Of a stretch of DNA of 64,000 bases, positions 27,379-40,669 are shown in pieces (the first letter of the stretch is position 1; every line of letters begins with the position of its first letter). The notes under the pieces are model-generated. The model saw only the letters and a program-made list of their open reading frames with translations, did not search any database and had not been told where the DNA came from. The DNA lies in NCBI RefSeq assembly GCF_009914755.1, contig NC_060942.1. The stretch is one strand, 5' to 3'. The position numbers were made by a program, and so were the translations under genes. This stretch comes from the human T2T-CHM13v2.0 reference genome, Homo sapiens.

Positions 27379-27723
27379 AAAATATGTTTATCAGTCTTTT
27401 GTTTATAAATTCATGTTTTTCCTCCAATGCAATGGAACCTTGTGCATGATACTGGGGGCAATGGTAAGCTCTTACTACTCTAAAGGGAGTGGCTGAGGGC
27501 AAGGTCAGATGCATCAGAGAATATAGTAAATAAGTTTCAAAGTTTATTTGTAGCCATCACATGCAATACAAAATAACAGAAAGCAAGTTGTCTTATTAAT
27601 TTAAGGCACCCAGTTTGACAGGTTGGAGTATCATGTAATGGACAAATCAAATAATTGAATAAGAATTTTCAAAGAAGTAATCCAAATCTTAGTTATCCAA
27701 TTTAAAGGTTACAGTTGGTCATA

Positions 27724-28917
27724 TAGTCATGTGTCTTTTAATAGCAGGGATACATTCTGAGAAATGCATTGTTCAGGCAGTTCTATCCTTGTGCAAAGAT
27801 GATAAAGTGTACTTACACAAACCTAGATAGTAGAGCCTATAAGACATGTTGGCTGTATGGTATACCCTATTGCTCCTGGGTTACAAACCTGTACAGCATG
27901 TTACTGTACTGAATACTGTAGGTAATTGCAACACAATGATAAGTATTAACGTATCTAAACATATGATGGCATAGAAGACTTAGAAAATATGGCATGCAAG
28001 ATAAAAACGGCACAGCTGTATAGGGCACTTACAATGAATGGAGCTTGCAGGATTGGAAGTTGCTCTGGATGGGTCAGTGAGTGAGTGGTGAGTGAATGGG
28101 AAGGTCTAGGACATTACTTGACACTACTGTGGATTTTATAAACACTGTGCACTTAGGCTGCATTAAATTTATTTAAAAATATTTTCTTCAATAATAAATT
28201 AACCTTAGCCTACTGTACTGTTATTTTATAAATTTATAATTTTTAAAAAAACTTTGACTTTTGTAATAACACTTAGCTTAAAACACAAACACAGCTGTAT
28301 AAAAATATTTTCTTTATATACTTATTCTATAAGCCTTTTTCAATTTTTAAAAATTTATTGATTTTTTTCTTTACTTTTTAAACATTTTTGTTAAAAAGTA
28401 AGACCAAACATCTTACCCTAGGCCTAGAATTGGTCACTGATATATCACTGTCTTCAACCTCCACATCTTGTCCCACTCACTGGAAGGTCTTCAGAGGCAG
28501 TAACATGCATAGAGCTGTCATCTCCTAGGATAACAGTGCCTTCTTCTGGACACCTCCCGATGGACCTACCTGAGGCTGTTTCACTTTTTTTTTCATATGT
28601 AGAAGGAGTACACTCTAAAATAACAACAAAAGTATAGTATAGCAAATTCATAAACCAGTAACATAGTCATTTATTACCTTTATCAAGTATTATGTACTGT
28701 ACATGATGCATGTTCTGTATTTTTACATGACTCGCAGCACGGAAGGCTTTTTACACTAGCAGCAACACTAACACATGAGCACTGCGTTGCACTATGATAG
28801 GATGACTGTAGTGTCACTAGGCGATAGGAATTTTTCAGCTCCCTTAAAGTCTTATGGGACCATCCTTGTACATGTAGTCCATCATTGGCTGAAATGCTGT
28901 TGTGTGGTGCATGATTG
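27724..28917 (+). mobile_element. Tigger3b (TcMar-Tigger), about 1.2 kb, both ends present
   Basis: TIRs tagtcatg… / …gcatgattg flanked by TA. Internal acttacacaaacctagat and tgagtgagtggtgagtgaatg motifs. Confidence 0.9.
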
Positions 28918-29071
28918 TATATTTGTGCTGTCCAGTATGGTAGCCACTAGGTGCATATGACCATTGAACATGAAACCTGGCTAGCATCACTGAGGAACTG
29001 AAGTTTTAATTAATAAATTTTAAATTTAGATAGGCAGATGTAGCTAGTGCTTACTATATTGGAGAGTATAG
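28918..29071 (+). mobile_element. MER3 right part (hAT-Charlie)
   Basis: tgtgctgtccagtatggtagccactag…actgaggaactgaa…atgtagctagtgcttactatattgga. Confidence 0.8.
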
Positions 29072-29849
29072 TGGAGAAAGTACATTTAGAAATATCCTAT
29101 GTCCTTCCTTCTCTTAGGGATAGCAGCCTTTGGGCAGAAGAACTTTCTCCTTCTCCCCTCTCCCTTCTCTGAGGTTCTCACCGACCTTTTCCAGTTTGCC
29201 GCAGCTGCTAAGCTTCACTTGCCACTTGTTTCCTGAGGATCATCACCTTGGGCAGTCCACTCAGCCTGTTTCACCTTCTGACTCTGTTTGCTCAGGGTCC
29301 CGCTGCTGCCTCCTGTGTCCCTAAAGAAAGGAGTAAATGTGCTCTCTCTTTCCAAGGGGCCACTACTGGGTCAGGGAATTGTTTTATTTATTTCACCCAG
29401 TAAATGATTTCAGAGCTTTCAAAGTTAAGGGCAGAGGACGGTAAAGATGATGCCACATCACCTAGGCAAGGTTGTTGGAACTCCAGAGGGTTGGATGGGG
29501 TTTGTTCATGGAGGATTACCACTGAGACATGGGGACAGAGGGGAGCCCTGGTGACAGAGGACACCAGATACTCGTTGGCATCAGCATTTAAGGGAAATGT
29601 AGTTTATTTCTGCCCTGTTTTCTGATACTTTAATATGACAGCCCACTGCCGTTATTACAAATGTGTAGTATTTAACGCTGTATTGCAATTTGGAAAGACT
29701 CCTAGATAAATCTGAACAAGCGATTATGTCACTTTGGAATCCGATTTCCTAGTAAATTGATTTTTTTCCTGCAATAAGAAAGCTAGTATATTTCATTTCT
29801 ACAGAAAGTATGACATCTTTTTATTGATTCTTTGATTCAGTCATTGATA

Positions 29850-30860
29850 ACATCATTCACTCAACAAATGATTATTGAAAAACTGTTATGTTTCATGCAC
29901 TCTGCTGTGTAGAATATACTCAAATGTAAAAAAACTCAGGGAAGTTACAGTTTACTGGGGATATAGACAAATAATTCTAATTGTATAATGGCAGTTAGAA
30001 TTATGGGATGTCAATGCTGGGTAATACAGAGTGTTACGGAAGCATGGAAGAGGGGAACCTAACATGGGTGGTCATACAATGCTTCAGAAAGGGGGTAGTA
30101 TCCAATCTGAGACCACCAGAACTGTAAGCATTTATGGTGGGAGGATGGGGAAAGGAAGAATGTTCTAGATAAATATATTGGCAGGTTATTGCTGTTGTAA
30201 CAAGTTACCACACACTTTGTAGCTTATATTAAGAAAAAACTTCTTATCTTACTGTTCTAGAGACTAGAAACCCCCAAATGCATCTCACTGGGCTAAACTC
30301 AGGAGGTTGGCAGGGCTGCATTGCTTCTGGAGGCTCTCAGGGAGAGTCAGTTTCCTTACTTTTTCCAGCTTACAAAGGCTGCTTGCTGTCCTTGGGTTGT
30401 GCTTCTTTATCTTCAAAGCCAGGAGCTGGACATCTTTAAATCCCTAACCCTAGCCTCTTGCCTTGTTCTTCCACTTGTAAGGACTCTTGTGATTATGTGG
30501 AGCCCACCTGGATAATCTCCCCATCTCCAGGTCAGCTGCTGAGCAACTTTAATTCCCTCTTTCCATGTAATTTAACATCCTCATGCATTCTGGGGATTAA
30601 GACACGGACATCATTGGGGCTGCTATTATTCTGCATACTACAGCAGACAAAAGAACAAAGTATGTATGTAGAGCTGAAATAAATTTAGCATGGCTGAAGG
30701 TTAGCCCATGGGGAAGGAGATGAGAAGAGAAGGGGCTGAAGAAGGAAGCCAGGTAAAAATGTGATTGAATTTCATTCTAAGGAAAATGAGGGGCTGTTAA
30801 AGAATGATATTAATGTAATTAGATTTGAGTTATTGAAAACTTCCTCTACCTGCATTTGGA
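29850..30860 (-). mobile_element. L2 fragment interrupted by MLT1
   Basis: cattcactcaacaaatgattattga… The L2-like purine-rich sequence resumes after 30642. Confidence 0.55.
30174..30642 (-). mobile_element. MaLR LTR (MLT1D-like)
   Basis: gctgttgtaacaagttaccaca…tctcactgggctaaa…cttctggaggctct…ttattctgcatactaca. Confidence 0.85.
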
Positions 30861-31089
30861 GGCTCTTCACGGACAACACATGCCTACTTCACTGACTATA
30901 AATTGAAGCTAATTAACTTAGAATTATCGGAGCTTAACCCGAAATCTGAGATAGTAAAGAAAAAAAAGAATGTCTGTATGTGTAGGCAGAAGATCAAAAA
31001 AGCAATTCTGAAAAGAATTTGATTACAGGCTGTTCAAGATATTGATCAATATTTGGATGAAGACTCTTTCATCTGGTGAATACCCAGGT

Positions 31090-31440
31090 GAGCCTAAACT
31101 TACACAAGAGGATTTACTGGTTTATGTAAGTGAAAATTCCAAAGGTACTCCCTTAGGTATAGCAGAGTCCAGAGGCTCAAATGATGCCATTGCTGCTCTC
31201 CTCTGCATTGACTTCATCATCGGTTGGGGTGGACTCTTCCCTTGTGGAGCTAAGATGTCAGCAACAGCTGTGGGCTGTTACCCTCCTGGATCACACACCC
31301 CAACACTGAGGGGGGTGGGCTGGCAGTAGTTCAAGTAGAAGTCCTGGAGTTGAGTCTCACTAGACCACCTTGAGTTGTGTGTTCATTTCTGAGCCAGTCA
31401 CTGTGGCCAGGGAGATGTGATCTTGGGCAGGCCGGAGTTA
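31090..31440 (-). mobile_element. Old MaLR LTR (MLT1J/K-like)
   Basis: ggatttactggtttatgtaagtgaaaattcc…tctgagccagtcactgtggccaggga. Confidence 0.6.
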
Positions 31441-32689
31441 ATAGTTGACTACCCTGCTATTCAGGCAACTCCGAAAGCTTGCTTCTGTAAATAGCAGTAT
31501 GTTTTGAGAGCCGGGCTCTGAGCTTTGTAACCAAAATTCAATTAAAACTGTTTAAATGGGGCCACTGTGTAAATTTCTTTGTCATATGTTATTAGTATGG
31601 ATCTAAAAACCTATCATATTATTGCTGTTCTCTGATTGTTCTCTACAGATGGGCCTGGATTTGAAATCTTAAGATGTACATGTCTATGTTCTGTCAAATT
31701 TTCATTTAAAATCAGCACAAAGGCTTTTGGTAATTGACATCATTTGCCTGACTTCGAAAGTGGAAATATTTAATTAAACTTTATATAATAATGAAAGAAA
31801 ATCATGCTTTTATTTTAGATCACTTTCTTCCCTTGAGCAACTGACTGTCTCTTTCAGTCTTTGTCAGCAGATTTAATCTCACTTCCAGTAAATGCTTTTC
31901 CATCACATTATCTTCATTAAAATACAGATGTTCATTAGAATCATCCCATGTTCTTTAGACATTGAGTACGTAATGACATTCTGCTCCCAGCATTTCTGTC
32001 ATTTGTGCCTTAATGTTTGTAAATGGGGCATCTCTTTTCTTTTAAGGGTACAATTTCAGATTGAGCCAATGGAAAATATATTCGAGTGTGGTTATTTCCC
32101 TGATTGGCTTTATTTATGTTAAAAGTGACAGAAGCACTTGAAGTCACTCTTCGTCTTTATCCTCTTCTTCTCAGAGGTGCTGCTGTTTACTACTCAGCCT
32201 TCACCAACACATCTCTGCAGATGACTTGAAGCACATCTCCAAACCTGACACATTTTTCTACTTCCATTTCCAGCTTTGTTTTTCACATAACAGTTTTGTG
32301 AACTTAACATCTCTTAAACCGCCCTCATTATCTCTGATGTCTCTGCTGTGCTGACATCCCACGTTCACACTCTCACCACAGCTCATCATTTCTTCTCTAG
32401 CAGTTTCTACCCATTTCTTTCCAGAATGATTGCTACCAACTATTTAGTGCCTTATAAGATTTCTGAACCTCTTCAATAACCTGCTGTGCTTCTGTTTATG
32501 AGCTCTTTCACTTCCATCTTGGTACAACTGAGATAAAAAAACTTTCTAAAACACTATTAAAGCTTGAAGCGTTTTGAGAGTTGAGCTTTATATTCCCACT
32601 CCTTCTTTTGACAGTAGGTTGAGAAGCAATTTTTCTCAAGTATTAACCCTTGGTGATTGTATTATTTACTCAATACTTACTTGTTCTGT

Positions 32690-32835
32690 GTGCAGCTGTC
32701 TTATCTTTTAGTCTGGACTGTAACTTCTTGGAGGGCAGAAGACATGGTTTATACTTTCCTGTACGAAGTGTATACAGAACTGAGTACTAATCTTTATAAA
32801 AGGTAAATGCTTAGTAAATTTACTATGAAGATGAT
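32690..32835 (+). mobile_element. L2 3' end
   Basis: ctggactgtaacttcttggagggcagaaga…aggtaaatgcttagtaaatt. Confidence 0.6.
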
Positions 32836-35800
32836 AAAAGGGAGTTTTGAGGTTGAGGAGGCTGTCTTTTTTTCAGAATGGCAGAATCAGTTAAAATGGA
32901 TAGCACCCTTCAATCCTAAATCAAAGACTAGAAAAACATACCATATTTGTAATGTTAAAAGTATTTTAAGAATACGTACTCAAGCTTAAAATCAAGAAAG
33001 GGAATTCTTCAGGTGTCAGAAATGAAGAGGGAGGCCACAGCATTGAATGGCAAGGGGAATAACTTGAGAAGATCTGTGTAGTGGGGTCTACAGTTTTAAG
33101 CAGAGGCTGCAGGCTGCCAGCCTAGTGGCATACCAGAAGTGGGCTGAGACTTGGGCAGGGCACTCCCACTGGACATACTCTGAACTGAACCCACAGTGGA
33201 AACTGGGCCCTAGCTTTCCCTTTTCTGTTTGATGAGCCAAATTTTCATTGTGTGGAAGAACCAAGCTCAGGAACTAATGTCAAATTTGGTCTGCAAATTC
33301 AGACACCCCATATGACCTCATCAGGGATGTCTCCACAACCCAGGTTACTCAAGGGACTTCCACGAGGATAAAGGATTCTGAATTATTATGAGCTCACAGA
33401 CAAATATTGCAAGCATATTAGAAAATCCACTGGGTGATAGCTAGTCAGCAGACACAGAAACAAGATTAATCAATTACAGATAATAAACACTAAAGGACCA
33501 CAACCTGCAAGGAACAATAAGGGCATTAAAATTAATCACAGACTAATTTGGGGAAAGGGGAGTCTACAAATTAAAATATAGCAATGAAAAATTTTAAAAA
33601 ATCAATTGACTGATTTATGAGCAAAAAGGGCATCATTGTCTTGGAAAGATGGAGCCACAACCACATTCTGTATTATTTTGTGCAGTGCAGTGCTGGGCTG
33701 TGGCCAGAGACTCTGGCCGCTCTGTGGAGCGCAGGCACTGCTGGTGGTAAGGACATTCTTCATTTATTTTCCCCCTTTCTCTTTAAATTTAGATGACCTT
33801 ATTTTAGTTGCCTTTGTAATGTGGAGGTGAATTTATAATCTTTGTTTACAAAGAACAGGGTAATACACCAGCTGGTAAGATGATGCAAAAGCCTAAAATT
33901 GTGCTAGTGATGGAAGGGAGAACCTATGGGAAGAAGGTTGCTTTTTGGAAGACAAAACTTTGTTTTCTTTTTCTTTTTCCCATTTTCCCTGACTGCATTG
34001 TGTTCTGTGCCAGAGGTTTGTGGCCCTCTGCCTTTCCCACCTCCCTTTGGGGTAGCTACAGGTAGTATCTCCTTCATCTGTGGCACCTGGGCAGTGCTTT
34101 TTTTGAGAGTCTTGCTTTGGGCAGTGGTGCTCATCATGAAATAAGCAATTTTCATTTTGTATCCTAGATTTTTCTCCTATGCTAGACCTGGGTCTGCTTC
34201 CAAGTGTTCACGCTTTTTCACGGATTTCAGTTTTCAAAGTTGGAAGTGTTGAATGTGTTTTCTTGTAGTGCTGATATAGAGTAGATTTGTGATGAGATGT
34301 TTACTACCATGTCTCTTCCAGGAAAGACTCTTCTTACACTGCCATGGAACATGGTCAGCAAATACAGAAGGCAGAAACAGTAAACTTCCTGTAAGCTAAC
34401 TTGACTAAAGTTTATTAAAATGCAGGATATTCAGCTGTTCTTTGACACTTTAGTGGTTGCTTTAAATTAAAAACAGCTGATACGCATAGGTTTTTAAGAA
34501 GCTTGTTCTTGCCCCATCCACAAGTTCTTCTATTTATCCAACCCCCACCACCTCCCGCCCATGTTGTGTGTCCCACAATAAGGGATTTCTGGATGTCTAA
34601 TTAAAGTTACTTAAATATCAAAAAGGCAGCTAGAAAAGAAGGTGTGTCTGTGCCACTCATGTGATTGCCTGCATTTCTTTTTGTTGTTGTTGTCATCTAA
34701 GTGATTTTTGGAAGCCCCCAAGTGAAAAAACAAGTGCACCACTCTGTTGAGAAATGAAAGATAAACATAGCATAATTGGCTAAGACTAGGATCATGACGT
34801 GATGTGTGCCTGTGTCGTATTGCTGACGTTTATGTGGTTGAAGAATTACATCTAAGTAATATTTGAATATATGCGATTTTTGACTTCATAATAATTGACG
34901 CAGTGTGGGTAGAGTCTATGTAATGTTACCGTTGGTTAAATGGGTGTAGGTTTTGCCCCCCATAATTTACCCTGCAGGTACAAACATAACCTTTTATTTT
35001 TTACTCCTCGGATTCGTGGCTCTTTTTTTCTCACTCCAGAGATAAAGTAGCATATCTTTCCTGCTGTCCAAGGAAGACGAGTGTTCCTGTGTCCCTGCGT
35101 CTTATGCATATTCATAACACACTGAACCCTGGTGGTTGTGAGCGATGGATGGAGCTTCAGGGATTGTATTATAGGCAGTCTCCAAACCGTGTGTTTGCCA
35201 ATATTTCTTTGTTCATCTCTATTTCATCAAATCTGTGAACTAGAAACAAGATTGACAGCATGGAATTCAATTTTCCCTTTCCGTGTTTTCTGGCACTCCC
35301 TTGGATAATTAGAGCCATGTGATGAAGTGGTGCAGACGGAGGTGGAGGTGGCTGAGGGCACAGAGGAGAAGCAGGGTGGGGGTGCTGGTCTAGGAGGCCC
35401 CCCTCCATCCATGTAGAGGCGAGTTAGATTTGGTCTTAACAGTGGGGAAAATAGAACTTATTTACTGTGAGATTCCACCCAGTAATTTCTGGGATGAAAT
35501 CTGTGTCTTCTTAATTTAAATGGATGAACCTCACTGCATGTGGAAAACATAGCCTGCCTTTCTTACAGAAACTCTGCCTTTGTGAGGATTAAAGCAAAGA
35601 GTTGTCCTAATTTTTAATTCTTCACTGGATTCAAGTCATAGGAAATGAGCCTGAATTTGGTGACATACTTCAGATTTTTTTCTGTTGTGCTCAATCTTAT
35701 TGTTTGACAAAGGACTGAGGTTGAACTGTTGAAGTTACATATGCAAAATCAAAAGATCTCAGCTAATCTTGAGGAAAGTTTTTGATGGGTTGGATAGGAA

Positions 35801-36019
35801 GTTAAACTCTAAATATAAGAAATGACAAATGTGTTAGAATAGAGAACATTTTATTAGCTTATTGGTATTATAACTGTCTCCTGAGTTTCCTTCAATGTGT
35901 GACTCTAATATTCTATAATATTCAACGTGAATTTGCAGTGAGTATAAGATGTTCACATCTGATTTGTAGCACATTCCTCATTGGAAGAAACATAAGCAAT
36001 ACAGACTTCCAGATTTTAA

Positions 36020-36195
36020 CAACAACAGTAATAACAGCTGCTGATTATGGAGTACCTGCTCTAAGTCAGACGCCCTGGGAGGTTTTCCCCATGAATTTAA
36101 TTCTCAGCAGTCATTACCCACATGTGACAGTTAAGGACCCTGAGACTTGAGGAGGCTAAGGATTCAATCTCAGTCCCTGGAGCTGGTGAGTGTTC
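36020..36195 (-). mobile_element. MIR
   Basis: aataacagctgctgattatggagtacctgct…tttaattctcagcag…ctgagacttgaggaggctaag. Confidence 0.65.
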
Positions 36196-36299
36196 CCATG
36201 AGGCTTCTAGCCTGGCTTTCTCTCTCATCAGCCCCCTTCATCACCTGGTGTTTTCCAGGATGCCGGTAGGAGGCGGCAGGCAAGAGAGTGAAGCTCTCT

Positions 36300-36450
36300 C
36301 TCCAGGGCTTGGCCAAATTGCTCTGCTTCTCTGTGCTCTATTTTCCATCTGCAAATAACAGCACCTAGCTCATGAGTAGGGCTCCATGAGTTAGTTCAGG
36401 AAGCGAGATTTAAAGGGTCACCAGGCACACAGGAAGCCCTCAGCAAGTTC
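36300..36450 (+). mobile_element. MIR
   Basis: cttggccaaattgctctgcttctctgtgctctattttccatctgcaaa…ggcacacaggaagccctcagcaa. Confidence 0.6.
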
Positions 36451-38435
36451 ACGGTCATGTAGGTTTCCCTTTCCTACCCCTTCCATGGTCAGCTGCTGGG
36501 ACCGCTCTTCTCCCCTAGACCACCGCACTCACACCCCTTCTTCTCCAGCCCAGGTGCACTGTCATGTGTTGCCCTTTCCAAGACAGGGTGCAGGGGAGGG
36601 GATAACTCTGCCTCTGTAGCTCCTCGGTCCTCCACGTGGCCACTGCCCCTCCTGTGTTACCATGACCTCTCCTCCTGGCCTCAGCTCCTGGCCTGAGGGC
36701 CCAGCGCCTCCTTTCTCTGCATTTCCTACCGTAAGCTCATCCTCTGCCCCAACACCCACCCTGTTGTGATTAAATGCTCTGGATACCTGAGCCCCTTTCG
36801 GTGTTACAGTGATGTTTTACTAGATCCCTTCCTGTGATGTTTATCTTCCCTTTGAGTTTAAGATGATAAGGGGAGGGTGATGGTAGACTAGGGAGGAAAG
36901 AATGAGAGGATTAAAAAGGGTTGGGAACAGAAGACACAAGTGCCTTAAGGGATAGGAACTATAAAATTCTGAAGAAAACCTCTAGGTGTGTTCCTGTTTC
37001 AGGGAATATCTGCAATATTACATTCTTTGACAACAGATTGTCCAGAGAGAGTGATTATTCCTGAGCTTCTGTGGGACTTGGTGAGTTTGGAATAATAGGA
37101 GGCAGGTGGAACCTGGAGGTGGGGTTGGGGGAGAGGCAATGAGAGAGCCAGCTGGAATCAGAAATACCCAGCTTAGGGATCTGCAGTAGCCAAACACCCC
37201 TCGCACCTACCCGCTGCCTTTGTCACCGCCCCCACCACCTTTCTCGAGCTCTAGTCCTTGTTCCTCTAGGCCCTGGGAACTGCCCTTTGGCATGTTGAGC
37301 TTGAGATATGAATGAAGATAGGACCTCAAAATGCAAGACAAACTGAATTTTCCCCTGGTAGCGTTTTAATCTGGTAGTTGGTTTCTGTTGTGCATGTGTT
37401 ACTGTGCTAACTGTGAGGATACAGTGTGTTATGTTGCTCATTATGAATAGCCTGGGGATGCAAATTACTTGAAGTACATAGTTTTCCTTAAGAACATTTA
37501 TTATGATTTCTATATAGTCTGCTTACAAATGAATTTCTTGAGCAAAGCCTGTTTGTAAGCAGTGGATGTATGCATTTGTGCTTGATTCATAAAGCATTAG
37601 AGTTGCAATGGAAATAACCTGAGCCTTAGTTTCCTGAGAGACACCTACTTAGTAGCTTGTGTGTGTTGGGGAGAGACTGGGGTGGGGGGAGGAGGGACAA
37701 GGATTTAAACAGAGATTTGAATTGCACTGTCTGTGAAGTTTGCAGGGGGGCATTAAATCTATGGATTAATTCAAACAAAATGTCTCATGTATGTAACCTT
37801 TATAAACTGTGTTGTATTTATTAAGCCTATTTTATATAAATTCAGCTTCAACTAGAGGGTTATTCTCCATAGCATTATTTTTTCTATTGAAACATACAGA
37901 TTTTACCAAAACCCCTTTTCATTACCTTTAATTCTTTCTGCTAGGTCATAGGCAGGATTTTGAATTATGCTATTAATTTAACTTCATTTTAAATGAATAA
38001 AATCAGCACATCCACAGTTTGGATATTTTTCTGAACGATTGAATACTTGTTTTATTTTATCCTTTGCCCAGTAATTTTTTTTCAACCAATATTGGGCCAG
38101 TGGCCACCAGTCATATTGCAGCATAGGCAAGCAGTGTGCCTCATGAAATAATCCTATAGGAAATAAAATATGCAAAAATCAATAAGGTTTCATGGAACAG
38201 TTTCTGCAAGGAGCAGAAAGGCAAGCGTGGCTCAATAAAGTGGCAACAGCCTGTGACAACAAGCCTGGAACTGGTTTCCATCAGAGACACCCTTTTACTG
38301 AGCACAGTGAATATTTCTGTGATATCCTGTCCCCATGTAGCAGGAGCATTTTGCCCTGGTTGCACAGTCCCAGCAAGGGGCTTTGCATAGGCTTTGCACA
38401 GGATGCTTGGGAGACTCAAACTCTCTCCCCACCCC

Positions 38436-38723
38436 GAGATGGAGTCTTCCTCTGCTGCTTAGCATGGAGCTCAGTGGTGCAATCATAGCTCACTGCAGCC
38501 TTGATCTCTGGGGCTCAAGTGGTCCTCCCATCTCAGCCTCTCAAGTATCTGGGAATACTGGCATGTACCACCAAGCCGAGTTCATTTTTTTATTTTTTTA
38601 TTTTTAGTAGAGATAAAGTCTTGCTATGTTGCCTAAGCTGGTCCAAACTCCCAAGCTCAAGCATTTCTCCCATCTCAGCCTCCTAACATGTTGGGTTTAC
38701 AGGCGTGAGCTACTGTGCCCAGC
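38436..38723 (-). mobile_element. Diverged AluJ lacking a poly-A tail
   Basis: gagatggagtctt…aatcatagctcactgcagcc…ttacaggcgtgagctactgtgcccagc. Confidence 0.88.
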
Positions 38724-40669
38724 TGAAGACTTGAAGTCTTGATGCCAAAGGGAGGGAGGATTTGTTGTCTGCTCTTTGGTATTCCTGAGAGTGACACATG
38801 GGGCTGGGTTCTCTGTGGCACTGTTATATAAGTCAAGCAGATCCCTTGGAACTTTATGTGGGAAGTGTTGTTGGGCAATTATAATCTATATTCTGAACAC
38901 TTGAAAGGGTTAATATAACCAGTGTTTGGGCATTTGGGTGGTGTTTGCACATATATGGCAGCCTCTTCCTGAGAGACTGGATAGATTAATACCCAGAATT
39001 ACTTTATGTAAAGTTTTCCAGGGTATGTTATTGGAGTGAATTTGAACTCTGGTTCTGAAACCTTTTATATAATAGTTATGTCCATCAAGGCTCTTGTGCA
39101 CTGATTCTTAATCAAGAAAAAATGAATTAAATCCCCTTAAATGAATTAAACACATTTTCAATTTGATGCGTTATTACCAACTTTATCTCTGTGATAACAA
39201 TATTGGATGAAGTAGGCATTACTGAGTGACTGACACTTCTCAAATTCCCAGTTCTTCTCTGCCCATCATTCACTTCCTTTAAGTATTACTTTTTTCCTTA
39301 TTTCAGGTTTTCAAGTGACTTCTGACATTTTAAAAAACCGGTTTTGATGAGGCCATAGATTCTCTTAGGTGCATTGTGCACTGCTGTTGCTCTTCCTTTT
39401 ATCTCTCTCCTTCCATAAGCAGGAGCATATTTTATAAGCTGCTTTTCTCTTTCTAGTCGAGGTACCTGGAGGCAGCCCCATTCACATTTGTGGGACTGAT
39501 GGTGAATGGTATTTTGCAGTGGAAAGTGAGCCTCTTAGGTCTTAAGCTCCATGGGTTTAAGCACAGGAGGGGCATGAGCTGCTCCAGGAATCTCCTGCAG
39601 CTATTTATAAAAAGATGGACTCTTTCTCTTCCCTAGGGGACAGAGTATGATGGATTGTCATGGCAGTGTGTGAAAATAAAACTCTACAAAGCAGCACAGG
39701 AGAGCTGTGTAATCAGTCTGGAATTTAAAATATCTACTTGCCAACTTCACCAGTGAATGTTGAAAACTGAGACTTGGAAAGTTTTTTTTTTTTTTTCTTT
39801 GACAGCAATACTTGTTCAAAGTGCACTGGCTTATGATGGAGAAATTGGGTCTGGATGGTCTAGCTCTTTGAAGAGTGAACATTAAGTGCCACTGCACAGT
39901 GTATGAATGAGGCATGAAATGATGCCATCAGAGCAGCAGTGGCGCAGAGGTGCTGGGTGGATCTTGTCAGTTTGAGGTTGAACCGAAGCACAGAAGCACA
40001 GAACAGGGTATGTCTAAAACCTGACATGGCTTCTTTGTGCTATTCATGTGCACCTAGCAGTGCCTTAGCCACCTAGCTCTATGAGACATCATGCTGACGA
40101 ATTACCCCTGTGACTTACCTGTGTGCAGGTTATGCCCACTTTGGTGATGTTTCCTTTCTAGAGGGTCTCTTTCTCTTGTTCTGTAAGAGACAAACATATG
40201 CCAGTGCCATGTTCTTCCATAGAAATGAAAGTACGAGGGATAAATGAGTGAGGGGAATGGCAGAGGGAAAGAAAATGTGAATGTAAGGGTACAGTAGATG
40301 CACATTAGTGTGTTGTGATCTCAGTGCAGTAGATTAACGTTAGTGTGTTAGGACCTCAAGGAGAAATTTAATAGCTGAATCATTGCTGAGATTGACAAAG
40401 ATCAAGTGCTTGGAACCGGTAGCCAGTAAGACTATTTCTCAAAGACAGAGTGCATCATTTATTTCTGGGCTCTCCGTCCATGCTGCAGTTCAGTTATTGA
40501 ATATCCTTTAATGCAACATTCTTGGTAACCACGTAAGAAATACTCAAATATTGAAGACAGAGGACCTGGCTCCAGGGCACTTATCATCCAGATGTGGACC
40601 CCCTTCCTATTCATCCTGCTTGGAACTTCGTGGGCCTTCTGGACCGAGAGGATATGTGCCTTCAACTCT

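Noticed and set aside
37668-37697. G-run cluster (ggggagagactggggtggggggaggaggg), potential G-quadruplex
   Set aside because: A common motif with no other evidence of function.
31620-39310. Strong-looking acceptors (ctctacag ~31648, cttctcag ~32174, tatttcag ~39306)
   Set aside because: Downstream sequence does not resemble PTPRM protein, and such decoy sites are expected in a long intron.
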